A stretch of DNA of 50,779 bases from an uncultured Candidatus Saccharibacteria bacterium (GTDB taxonomy: Bacteria > Patescibacteriota > Kazan-3B-28 > UBA10110). Position numbers and translations under genes: made by a program. The notes under the pieces were generated by a model that was not told the DNA's origin, did not search any database, and saw only the letters and a list, made by a program, of their open reading frames with translations. Location of the stretch: the NCBI GenBank assembly GCA_964424375.1, contig CAYRIH010000001.1, positions 19,577 through 70,355 on the forward strand, read 5' to 3'. Positions 9,986 to 17,819 of this stretch are shown in pieces. The first letter of the stretch is position 1; each line of letters starts with the position of its first letter.

Positions 9986-10672
9986 TTAATTTGGGTTAAT
10001 AATTACAGGCTTCTTAGTTCGGTAGCATTCATCTAGGGCATTGCCACCATGCCCAAAATAAGGTCGGAAACCTTCATCTGTCCAATGACCAGCAAAGTGG
10101 GCTCCGGTATCACAACAATACCAGCGTAAACAACCTATTACTGTTTTTCTAGTTTCTTTGCCATCTGCTTCTTCTGCGATATAGCATGTCCATGGTTTAT
10201 GTCTCCCATTGATGTTATATCGAGAGATGGGATCACCTGGAAGTATCGGTAAGCCGCATGATGCACAGCGAATAGCATGTGAAACAAGATACTCTTTTGC
10301 ACAATCAGGACACTTATCATCTCTCTTGATTTCGAATCCAGTTCCCAGGAAATGAAGTTCGAAGGTTTCGGGACCTGAATGGCCACACTTCGCCTGCAGA
10401 ACTCCAGAAGGATTCCTGATTTCAAGCACATCTAGAGGGATATACATTCCTGTTTGATGTGATGGCCCATTTCTGAAATCAAACTTATCCCCTTTGTGGG
10501 GAATAAGATAAGGAGTAAAACCTTCTGATTCTTCTAAATCCCCTGAAGGATCTTTTTGTACTTTACGAGACTTGATGAACGAAGAGATAAAAATCATTAA
10601 ACCCAGAAATATAAGCAAGGGCACAAAAAAAGTTATTGCTTGAGATACAGAGCTTGGATTGTCAGAACCCAC
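9986..10672 (-). CDS. membrane-anchored Cys/His-rich protein of unknown function
   Basis: One TM helix (AITFFVPLLIFLGLMIFISSFI) followed by a soluble domain with many Cys pairs (CPDC, CASCG, CLRWYCC). The start is placed at the GTG 7 nt after AAGGAGGTG; the track ORF starts at 10723. Confidence 0.6.
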   Translation of the reverse strand: MGSDNPSSVSQAITFFVPLLIFLGLMIFISSFIKSRKVQKDPSGDLEESEGFTPYLIPHKGDKFDFRNGPSHQTGMYIPLDVLEIRNPSGVLQAKCGHSGPETFELHFLGTGFEIKRDDKCPDCAKEYLVSHAIRCASCGLPILPGDPISRYNINGRHKPWTCYIAEEADGKETRKTVIGCLRWYCCDTGAHFAGHWTDEGFRPYFGHGGNALDECYRTKKPVIINPN

Positions 10673-10745
10673 GACAATCACCTCCTTATTTTCAAAGTTC
10701 TGTGATACTTCAGAATAAAACAAACCTAAACATTTGTATAGTTCG
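10673..10745 (-). promoter_or_regulatory. shared promoter/5'UTR module, copy C
   Basis: Plus strand reads ttcaaagttctgtgatacttcagaataaaacaaacctaaacatttgtatag, nearly identical to copy B. Confidence 0.6.
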
Positions 10746-10891
10746 ATAATTATTCAGGTTGGCTGAGCGTCTCGAGTTCGAACTTTCTGAAAGACAAGCC
10801 CAGCAAGGTTTGTTTCAATGGTTTTTGTTTATTTCTTTGATGCTCTTCGTGCACTAGTGGTTTTATAAGAAACAACTAGATTCCTTAAAAA

Positions 10892-11923
10892 TTATTTCTT
10901 TACTGAATATCTGGCAATCAATTTCTCTACATCAATTCCATACGCAGTATAAATAGCCATAGCCTCGTGCGATGCAATTCCCCAACTGTTTCCCCAGGCA
11001 TCACTAAAATACTTTTCAGGGTTAGAAACAATCATTATATTCCGAGCCACACCACAATAATTGGTTTTTTTATCGAACTCTTCAATCTTTGAATTTAAAT
11101 CCTTAGGTATTATCTCGTTTAATTGTCTAAGAGTTTCTACGCCCATTATTTTTAACTCTTCAATAATCTTCTCCGCCATATCATCGTTTGGACCAAATTT
11201 AGGATCAACAAATTCACTAGAGCCAAAATGACTATCAAAATATCTTCTGATTGAAATTGAGTCAATAGACACATCTAAATCGCCTTTATCTGTTCGCTCT
11301 TCAACCTGATCACTGTAGTTAGAGATCTCCTTCGAAATTCTACCAAATTCATTGTCAGCTATTTCCAACAAACCAGACAAAAGGGTAAAATCCCTTTTAA
11401 TTTTATTAGGCAAAACTACATTGGGTTTATATATTTGATTGTGACCAATCTGAGCCCACGCATGCTGAAGAATAGTTCGAATTTGAAGTTCTGCCCCCAA
11501 TCCCTTGAATTTTTTATACTCTATCAATTTGAGCCTGTCGGCAGATAAATTGATTAAGTGATGATGCGACATGTATCCTACTCGGTCTGTTCCAAGTCGT
11601 TGAGCAACTTCCAAAATTTTAGATTTAAAACACCTTGATATTAATTCTTCAATTTTCAAAATGTCTTCATAAACATAGGTAATAATTCGAACTCCCACCA
11701 AATCCTGCACACCCTCTACTGTTCGTGGGTTAATAATCCCACTCTCAAGTTTTGCCCTAAGGCTCTCAGGTGATTTTGCGCGAACATCAACCGATAAATA
11801 TTCAAGTTCTTCACTGTTGAGGACATCTATAAATAAGGGCTTCAAACACTCAGCAAACTCAACGTAAATATGATGATTACGTTTATAATCTTTCAACAGC
11901 TTTTCTATTTTTTCTTTGTTCAT
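10892..11923 (-). CDS. RelA/SpoT-homologue synthetase-domain protein with ~150-aa C-terminal extension (small alarmone synthetase or toxSAS-like)
   Basis: All four synthetase motifs are present: RAKSPESLRAKL, DLVGVRIITY, GYMSHHH and ELQIRTILQHAWAQIGHNQIYK. There is no hydrolase (HD) domain. Confidence 0.85.
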   Translation of the reverse strand: MNKEKIEKLLKDYKRNHHIYVEFAECLKPLFIDVLNSEELEYLSVDVRAKSPESLRAKLESGIINPRTVEGVQDLVGVRIITYVYEDILKIEELISRCFKSKILEVAQRLGTDRVGYMSHHHLINLSADRLKLIEYKKFKGLGAELQIRTILQHAWAQIGHNQIYKPNVVLPNKIKRDFTLLSGLLEIADNEFGRISKEISNYSDQVEERTDKGDLDVSIDSISIRRYFDSHFGSSEFVDPKFGPNDDMAEKIIEELKIMGVETLRQLNEIIPKDLNSKIEEFDKKTNYCGVARNIMIVSNPEKYFSDAWGNSWGIASHEAMAIYTAYGIDVEKLIARYSVKK

Positions 11924-12003
11924 ATTTTTATACTAACGCAATCATAATCTTTGTATAACAAATTTTTCACAACGCTCTTCGAGCGAAATAACCTATCACG
12001 ATT

Positions 12004-12077
12004 TGGCTGGGGCGGCAGGACTCGAACCTACGGTCACGGGACCAAAACCCGTTGCCTTACCACTTGGCTACACCCCA
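12004..12077 (-). tRNA. tRNA-Gln (anticodon UUG), CCA encoded
   Basis: Minus strand reads TGGGGTG TA GCCA AGTGGTAA GGCA A CGGGT TTTTGGT CCCGT GACC GTAGG TTCGAGT CCTGC CGCCCCA G CCA. The cloverleaf folds by eye, including one G-U pair in the acceptor stem. Confidence 0.85.
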
Positions 12078-12316
12078 ATGTTTAATATTTCCTTTATCTT
12101 TTTTCTACCTGCTGCTGTTTTAAAATATTTCTCTCTTCTTATAGTACTATCAAAATCTCTACAATCTTCATAATATAACAATTCCCAAGGTTTATATTTA
12201 CGAGTATAAAAGTTTTTACCAGAATTATGTTCTTCCAGTCTGCGTTTTAAATTACTAGTAAATCCAACATAGGTTTTAGGATATCTAATACTTTTTAAAA
12301 TATATACTCTATACAT
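12068..12316 (-). CDS. GIY-YIG nuclease domain protein (stand-alone URI domain)
   Basis: MYRVYILKS...TYVGFTSNLKRRLEEHN is the classical GIY..YIG..R..E..N pattern. The last codons and the stop overlap the 5' end of tRNA-Gln by 10 nt. Confidence 0.85.
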   Translation of the reverse strand: MYRVYILKSIRYPKTYVGFTSNLKRRLEEHNSGKNFYTRKYKPWELLYYEDCRDFDSTIRREKYFKTAAGRKKIKEILNIGV

Positions 12317-12323
12317 GATTTTG

Positions 12324-12433
12324 TTGCCTTACCCGCCTCGACTCGCGTTGCTTCATCGACGCGAGGCGGGCCACTTGCCTGCCCGCGGTCGGATCAGCTG
12401 ACCTAGGCTGGACGGCCAGGGGCTACGCCCCAA
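12324..12433 (-). pseudogene. duplicated 5' fragment of tRNA-Gln (acceptor, D-arm and anticodon-stem 5' strand) interrupted by two GC-rich hairpin insertions
   Basis: Minus strand reads TGGGGCGTAGCC[43-nt insert]CAAGTGG[38-nt insert]GTAAGGCAAC. With the inserts removed it matches the first ~29 nt of the intact tRNA at 12004-12077. A TATAAT box (rc of 12448-12453) sits about 8-10 nt upstream. Confidence 0.65.
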
Positions 12434-12447
12434 TAACAACATTCAGA

Positions 12448-12498
12448 TTATACTCTATTTTAACATTTTTCAATGGCTCAACGGCGTTGAGCCATTGA
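12448..12498. repeat. degenerate copy of the island intergenic module (GAGTATAAT box plus CAATGGCTCA..TGAGCCATTG hairpin)
   Basis: 12-bp perfect stem caatggctcaac/gttgagccattg at 12472-12498. The same hairpin family occurs at 31438, 34735 and 36371. Confidence 0.6.
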
Positions 12499-12507
12499 GC
12501 TTTTACT

Positions 12508-12598
12508 GTCATCCTGAATTTGCCTGTGCTGAGCTTGTCGAATGTGATTCAGGGTCTATAGATTCTAGATTGGAATTCGGGATGACAAGAATTGACAA
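12508..12598. repeat. long imperfect palindromic element
   Basis: The outer arms tgtcatcctgaat and attcgggatgaca pair, and so do the inner arms atcctgaat and attcagggt. It lies in the divergent intergenic region. Confidence 0.5.
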
Positions 12599-12617
12599 CA
12601 ATTTATTTATCAACTAT

Positions 12618-12639
12618 TATTTAGATAGTTATCTAAATA
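12618..12639 (+). promoter_or_regulatory. perfect 9+9 inverted repeat, likely ArsR-family autoregulatory operator
   Basis: ATTTAGATA gt TATCTAAAT ends 8 nt before the ATG of the ArsR-like gene. Confidence 0.55.
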
Positions 12640-12646
12640 TCTAAAT

Positions 12647-12916
12647 ATGATTACCAAAAACATATCAACAGCTTTCAAGGCATTAAGTAATCCCATCCGC
12701 AGGGAAATTTTAATTAAATTAAAATCTAAAAATTTAACACCTGGAGAATTATCTCTTCACTTCCCTATCAGTAAACCTTCCCTTTCTCATCATTTAACAA
12801 TTTTGAGGAATGCAAATTTAATAGATAGCGAAAAAATGGGGCAAAAAATATATTATTCCCTGAACGCTTCCGTTTTTTATGACATCATCAATAAATTTTT
12901 AAATAATTTTGAATAA
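12647..12916 (+). CDS. ArsR/SmtB-family (SdpR-like) HTH transcriptional repressor
   Basis: ALSNPIRREILIKL ... LSHHLTILRNANLI winged-HTH signature. Confidence 0.85.
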   Translation: MITKNISTAFKALSNPIRREILIKLKSKNLTPGELSLHFPISKPSLSHHLTILRNANLIDSEKMGQKIYYSLNASVFYDIINKFLNNFE

Positions 12917-12929
12917 TAGAAAGATTCTT

Positions 12930-13598
12930 ATGAGTGAAAAAATAAAATTTACAATTAAAAGCGAATGGTTTTCGTGGCTGGCAATTATTGTAGTAATTGC
13001 TGTGGCAATTTGGGCATATCCTCATTTACCTGATATTGTTCCCTCCCATTGGAATGCAGCTGGGGAAATAGATGATTACAGCTCAAAACTAACTCATACA
13101 TTGCTTTTCCCTGGAATTACTTTGGGAATATATCTATTATTTTTAGCTATCCCTTATTTAGAACCCCGCCGAGGACATTTTATCAAATCATGGTCTTTCT
13201 ATCAGATTATCAGAAACTTTTTGATGGCTTTCCTTGCCGTAATGTTTATTACTACTACTTGGGCGGGAATATCCCAACAGCCAGTTCCTATAGGAACCAT
13301 TGTCCCCATAATAGTTGGTGTATTATTCATTTTAATAGGAAATTATTTATCTCAAGTAAAATCTAATTTCTTTATGGGCATCAGAACCCCCTGGACACTT
13401 TCTTCTGATGAAGTTTGGCGTAAAACCCACTTAGTTGGTGGTTATTCATTTGTCATAGGTGGATTATTGTTTTTAGCTTCGCCTATTATTTCTAACCCCT
13501 GGAATGCCTATATTCCTCTAATAGCCATAATAATAGCTGCACTAATCCCGGTAGTTTATTCTTATATAATCTACACTCAAGAAAGAAACCAAAATTAG
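12930..13598 (+). CDS. SdpI/YhfL-family membrane protein (DUF1648 plus SdpI-like)
   Basis: Six hydrophobic helices, PSHWNAAGEIDDY and GIRTPWTLSSDEVWRKTH motifs, and pairing with an ArsR-type gene as in sdpR-sdpI. The start is placed at ATG 12930; the track starts at 12909. Confidence 0.75.
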   Translation: MSEKIKFTIKSEWFSWLAIIVVIAVAIWAYPHLPDIVPSHWNAAGEIDDYSSKLTHTLLFPGITLGIYLLFLAIPYLEPRRGHFIKSWSFYQIIRNFLMAFLAVMFITTTWAGISQQPVPIGTIVPIIVGVLFILIGNYLSQVKSNFFMGIRTPWTLSSDEVWRKTHLVGGYSFVIGGLLFLASPIISNPWNAYIPLIAIIIAALIPVVYSYIIYTQERNQN

Positions 13599-14956
13599 AT
13601 TTTTTTGCGGAATCTTGGACCTTCTTTGGTATCTTCGACTAACCAACCCAATTTCTCTATTTGATCGCGCAATTTATCAGCTTTTTTAAAATTCTTTTTC
13701 AATTTAGCCTCTCCTCTTTCAACAGCTAAACTTACAACCTTCACAGGAACCATTACAACATGGCACAGATTTAAACCTAAAACCTTATCAAAATCTAATA
13801 AGGTAGCTTGTTTATCTGCTAATTTCACTTTGCTTGATTTAACCAAATCCCAAACAATTACCATGGCTTTTGGCATATTTAAATCACTATTGATTGCCTT
13901 AAGAAACTTGTCTCGATAAATCTTAAGAACTTTCCCATTTTTTGCTTTATCAAAAAATAATAATTGAAGCTTTACTAAAGATCTCCAAGCGTTATTCAAG
14001 GCTTCTTCAGAAAAATTTAACTTGCTCCGATAATGACTAGTTATTACTAAATATCTAAAAGCTAGCGGAACAACAAACCCTTTTTTCTCTAAATCGTCTA
14101 AAGTTATAAAATTGCCTTTACTTTTAGACATTTTGCCTTTGCCCATCAACATAAATGCTCCATGCAGCCAATAATTAGCTAGTGGCTTATCATAAGCCGC
14201 TTCACTTTGAGCAATTTCATTATTGTGGTGAATTGCCAAAAGATCCTCACCACCAGCATGGATATCAAAAGGCTGTCCCAATTCAGTTGTAGCGATAGCC
14301 GAACATTCTAAATGCCAGCCTGGATAACCCACTCCCCAAGGAGATTTCCATTCTTGCTGCCGTTTCTCGTCTGGAATAGAAAATTTCCACAAGGCAAAAT
14401 CTGATTCTCTATGTTTTTCTACACAATGAACAACCCTAGATTTACCAGTACTAACTTTCCCTAACTTGCCATAATCTTTAAACTTAGCTGTATCAAAATA
14501 TATACCATCAGTTGTTGCATAGGTATAACCTTTCTTCTCTAATTGCTGGATTAGCTTTATTTGCTGTTTGATATATTTAGTAGCCCAGGCAAATTTATCT
14601 GGTGGCTCAATATTCAAAGCCTTTAAATCTTTTTTAAATAAATCCGCATAGTATTTAGTAATTTCTTTGGCTGTTTTCCCTTGTTTTCTAGCCGCTTCCT
14701 CAATCTTATCAAAACCAGTATCAGCATCTGATGTCAGATGCCCGACATCCGTAACATTCATCACATGCTTAACTTTATAACCATTAAACTCTAAAACTCG
14801 CTTAAGAATATCCTCAAACAAATAAGTTCTTAAATTGCCAATATGAGCAGTTTGATAAACCGTAGGTCCGCAAGCATACAAAGATACCTGCGTTTTTTTA
14901 ATTGGCTTAAAAACTTCTAATTTTTTGGATAAAGAATTATATAGTTTAAGTGCCAC
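13595..14956 (-). CDS. cysS: cysteine--tRNA ligase
   Basis: Class I aaRS motifs HIGN and KMSKS, plus the CGPTVY start typical of CysRS. Confidence 0.93.
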   Translation of the reverse strand: MALKLYNSLSKKLEVFKPIKKTQVSLYACGPTVYQTAHIGNLRTYLFEDILKRVLEFNGYKVKHVMNVTDVGHLTSDADTGFDKIEEAARKQGKTAKEITKYYADLFKKDLKALNIEPPDKFAWATKYIKQQIKLIQQLEKKGYTYATTDGIYFDTAKFKDYGKLGKVSTGKSRVVHCVEKHRESDFALWKFSIPDEKRQQEWKSPWGVGYPGWHLECSAIATTELGQPFDIHAGGEDLLAIHHNNEIAQSEAAYDKPLANYWLHGAFMLMGKGKMSKSKGNFITLDDLEKKGFVVPLAFRYLVITSHYRSKLNFSEEALNNAWRSLVKLQLLFFDKAKNGKVLKIYRDKFLKAINSDLNMPKAMVIVWDLVKSSKVKLADKQATLLDFDKVLGLNLCHVVMVPVKVVSLAVERGEAKLKKNFKKADKLRDQIEKLGWLVEDTKEGPRFRKKI

Positions 14957-15857
14957 TATACCCCTCCTTGTAATTACCCCTCTTAAGAGATTGTTTTTCT
15001 ACCAAATAAGCTCCCAGCAAAACAACTGCGCCACCTAAGATATTATTCAGTGTTATATGTTCCTTTAAAATGATTACAGATAAAAGAGCTACTTGAATCA
15101 ACATAGTGTTCTGCAAAATAGCCGCCTCTATGGCTTGTAATTGATCTAGAACGGCACTCCATAACATTCCAGCGAAACCAAAAATAATACCTACTACTAC
15201 AATTACTAAAAGTACCTGCCATTGCAAAATTCCGACCACACCATCTCTAACAATTCCGATGGGTAACAGAATGGCCGCTCCAATCCCCGTGCTAAATAAA
15301 GAGGTTATCATAGTTTCATCACCAGGACCTCGCACCACCAATCTAGTCAACACAGTGCTTAATGAATAAAAAACTTCTGCTATAAATATAATCATTATGC
15401 CAAATAAAGAACCTCCCAAAAAACCTCCTGAGAGAAAAATATAAACTCCCAAAACAGCCAAGAATATACCCATAATCTGCACATTGCGAGGCTTTTCTCT
15501 TAAAATCAAGAAGCTAAATATTACTACCAAAACTGCACCTAAACCAGCAAACAAACCCGCGGTTGTCACAGTCACATATTTAATACCAATCACTGATAAT
15601 AAAGGAGCTGTCACAAACCCAACCAGCCCTATTAAAATAAGAGGGATGAATCTATTTTTCATAACACCCCACTCCAACTTTGGTCGCTTGATAAAATAAT
15701 AGGTCAACAGAACTACAAAAGCCACAGTCTGAATCGCAGCTATTAAAATATATGGAGAAACAAAGCCTAACCCTAACTTAATAATAATCTTGGAGGCTGA
15801 CCATAAAAAAGTTACAAACAGAGCTTGAAACAAAAATAATTTTTTAGAATCATTCAT
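14946..15857 (-). CDS. EamA/DMT-family transporter
   Basis: About ten hydrophobic helices arranged as two EamA-like halves. Confidence 0.75.
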   Translation of the reverse strand: MNDSKKLFLFQALFVTFLWSASKIIIKLGLGFVSPYILIAAIQTVAFVVLLTYYFIKRPKLEWGVMKNRFIPLILIGLVGFVTAPLLSVIGIKYVTVTTAGLFAGLGAVLVVIFSFLILREKPRNVQIMGIFLAVLGVYIFLSGGFLGGSLFGIMIIFIAEVFYSLSTVLTRLVVRGPGDETMITSLFSTGIGAAILLPIGIVRDGVVGILQWQVLLVIVVVGIIFGFAGMLWSAVLDQLQAIEAAILQNTMLIQVALLSVIILKEHITLNNILGGAVVLLGAYLVEKQSLKRGNYKEGYSGT

Positions 15858-16453
15858 GCGCTCCTCCTACCTTCCAGAGCCCGCGTCAAAGTAACTTCAT
15901 CGGCATACTCCAAGTCCCCACCTATTGGTAGCCCGCTAGCAATCCGAGTTATATTTACTTTCAATGACTGAAGCAGTTTTTTGATATACATAGCCGTTGC
16001 CTCTCCTTCAATATTGTGATTAGTGGCAATAATCACCTCTTTAACGCCGTCAGATTTAATCCGCGCATCTAAATCAGCCAAATTTAGTTGTTCAGCGATA
16101 ATTCCTTCTATAGGTGATAAACATCCTCCCAGCACATGATACCGACCATTAAAACTGCGGATTTTTTCCAAAGCCAATACATCTAAAGGTTCCTCAACTA
16201 TGCATAATAAATCTTGATCCCGACTAGTATCTGCACAAATTGAACATGGATTGCTATCAGCTATATTATGACAACGATCACAATATAAAAGATCTTGTTT
16301 CAAATCCAAAAATGCCTCGCCCAGCTCTTTAATTTCAGTATTTGGGTTCTTGATTAAATAAAAAACCAGCCTAGAAGCAGTTTTTGGGCCAATACCAGGC
16401 AATTTACTTAATTGCTGGATTAATACAGAAATTGATCGAGGTAAAGAATACAT
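15854..16453 (-). CDS. recR: recombination protein RecR
   Basis: LPGIGPKTASRL helix-hairpin-helix, C4 zinc finger CDRCHN..CSIC, and a Toprim domain. Confidence 0.93.
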   Translation of the reverse strand: MYSLPRSISVLIQQLSKLPGIGPKTASRLVFYLIKNPNTEIKELGEAFLDLKQDLLYCDRCHNIADSNPCSICADTSRDQDLLCIVEEPLDVLALEKIRSFNGRYHVLGGCLSPIEGIIAEQLNLADLDARIKSDGVKEVIIATNHNIEGEATAMYIKKLLQSLKVNITRIASGLPIGGDLEYADEVTLTRALEGRRSA

Positions 16454-16460
16454 AATTAAT

Positions 16461-16760
16461 TTATAACCCTGGTATACCCAAGCCTCCTACCAACTCTTTA
16501 GTTCTATTCGCGGCTGCTTGTTGAGATTTCTTAACAGCTGAACTAAAGGCTTGGCTTAAAAATTTTACCAAACTATCTTTTTCTGCCATATTTACCAAAC
16601 CATCATCTATCTCAATAGAAAGTACTTTTTGCTCCCCATTAAGTGTAACCCTAACTTTTCCTCCTAATTCTTCACCAACAAACTGCATTTCCCTCAGTTC
16701 TCTTTGGAGCTGTTTGGCTTTACTTTGCAGCTCCCACATTTTTTTAGCTTTATCAAACAT
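16461..16760 (-). CDS. ybaB: YbaB/EbfC nucleoid-associated protein
   Basis: 99 aa, sits in the conserved dnaX-ybaB-recR arrangement, and ends with a typical GLGIPGL C-terminus. Confidence 0.88.
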   Translation of the reverse strand: MFDKAKKMWELQSKAKQLQRELREMQFVGEELGGKVRVTLNGEQKVLSIEIDDGLVNMAEKDSLVKFLSQAFSSAVKKSQQAAANRTKELVGGLGIPGL

Positions 16761-16771
16761 ATATCTAAAAA

Positions 16772-17512
16772 TTAATTACTACTTAATATAACATCCTCTA
16801 TTATCACATCTTCAACCAGTTTATCACCTGGTATTATAGTTTTAGATTGACCAATTTTATCTACTATATCCATACCGCTTACTACTACCCCAAAAGGTGT
16901 ATGTTGACCATCTAAGCTAGAAAGTTCTTCTCTGGTAATGATAAAAAATTGACTGCCATTGGTATCGGGACCAGAATTGGCCATAGCTATTACTCCTCTG
17001 ACTAGCTTAGGGGTATTTTTGTTGAATTCATCTGCAAATTGATATCCCGGATCACCTGTTCCGTCATTATCAGGATTATCATCACGAGATAGTGGATCTC
17101 CTGATTGAATCATAAAATCATCTATGACGCGATGAAAGCTAACGCCATCATAAAAATCTTTTTGGGCCAGCAGAATAAAATTAGCCACTGTATTGGGTGC
17201 TGAATCAGGCATAAATTCTAACTTAATATCACCATAGGTAGTCTTTAAAAGAGCAAATCGATTATCCACTAGCTCCTGACGATTAAGCGATCCAAACTCA
17301 CCAGATATAACATTTCGCTGAGACATCCAAATAATACCTTTAGGAACAGACCATATTACTAAACCAACTACCACTAAACTGCCTATCAATAAAAATAATT
17401 GCTTCCAGGGAAAAGATACCCGATACAAACGTTTCTGAGCCTGCCAGCGGCGCAACTGTTCCTCTTTAACGGCTACCTTCCTAGCTTTTCTAAGTCTTTG
17501 ACGTTTTGACAT
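16772..17512 (-). CDS. cyclophilin-type peptidyl-prolyl cis-trans isomerase with N-terminal membrane anchor
   Basis: FHRVIDDFMIQSGDP, GSQFFI and MANSGPDTNGSQ motifs, plus a TM helix LFLLIGSLVVVGLVIW. Confidence 0.88.
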   Translation of the reverse strand: MSKRQRLRKARKVAVKEEQLRRWQAQKRLYRVSFPWKQLFLLIGSLVVVGLVIWSVPKGIIWMSQRNVISGEFGSLNRQELVDNRFALLKTTYGDIKLEFMPDSAPNTVANFILLAQKDFYDGVSFHRVIDDFMIQSGDPLSRDDNPDNDGTGDPGYQFADEFNKNTPKLVRGVIAMANSGPDTNGSQFFIITREELSSLDGQHTPFGVVVSGMDIVDKIGQSKTIIPGDKLVEDVIIEDVILSSN

Positions 17513-17633
17513 ATAACTTTTTAGTTTATGAATTTATTTTATCACACTAATTACCCTTAAAATTCCCCTATTAAACAACTTTAACAACCCCAAAAGAGGA
17601 TTACCTACTTTGGTTGTTTTAATTATTATTGGA

Positions 17634-17819
17634 TTAAAAACCCGGCAGCATCGGTTGGGCTACTAAGTTTGTCCCCCACAATACAACATAAGGTCCAACT
17701 ACCTGAATAATTACTATGGCAATCAATATAACTGCCAACTGGCGCCAAAAAGAATTGGTAAAATCTCTTTGACGATAAGCTTCTTGCTTAAAATCTCTAA
17801 TAAATTGTCTAGACAACAT
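17634..17819 (-). CDS. small membrane protein
   Basis: 61 aa with one hydrophobic helix. Its start overlaps the stop of the upstream gene. Confidence 0.4.
   Translation of the reverse strand: MLSRQFIRDFKQEAYRQRDFTNSFWRQLAVILIAIVIIQVVGPYVVLWGTNLVAQPMLPGF

Noticed and set aside
12004-12433. A group I intron or split-tRNA interpretation of the GIY-YIG gene between tRNA pieces.
   Set aside because: The downstream tRNA-Gln is complete and foldable on its own. The upstream piece duplicates rather than complements it. No group I intron core (P3-P9) is evident in the ~250 nt, which are fully occupied by the ORF.
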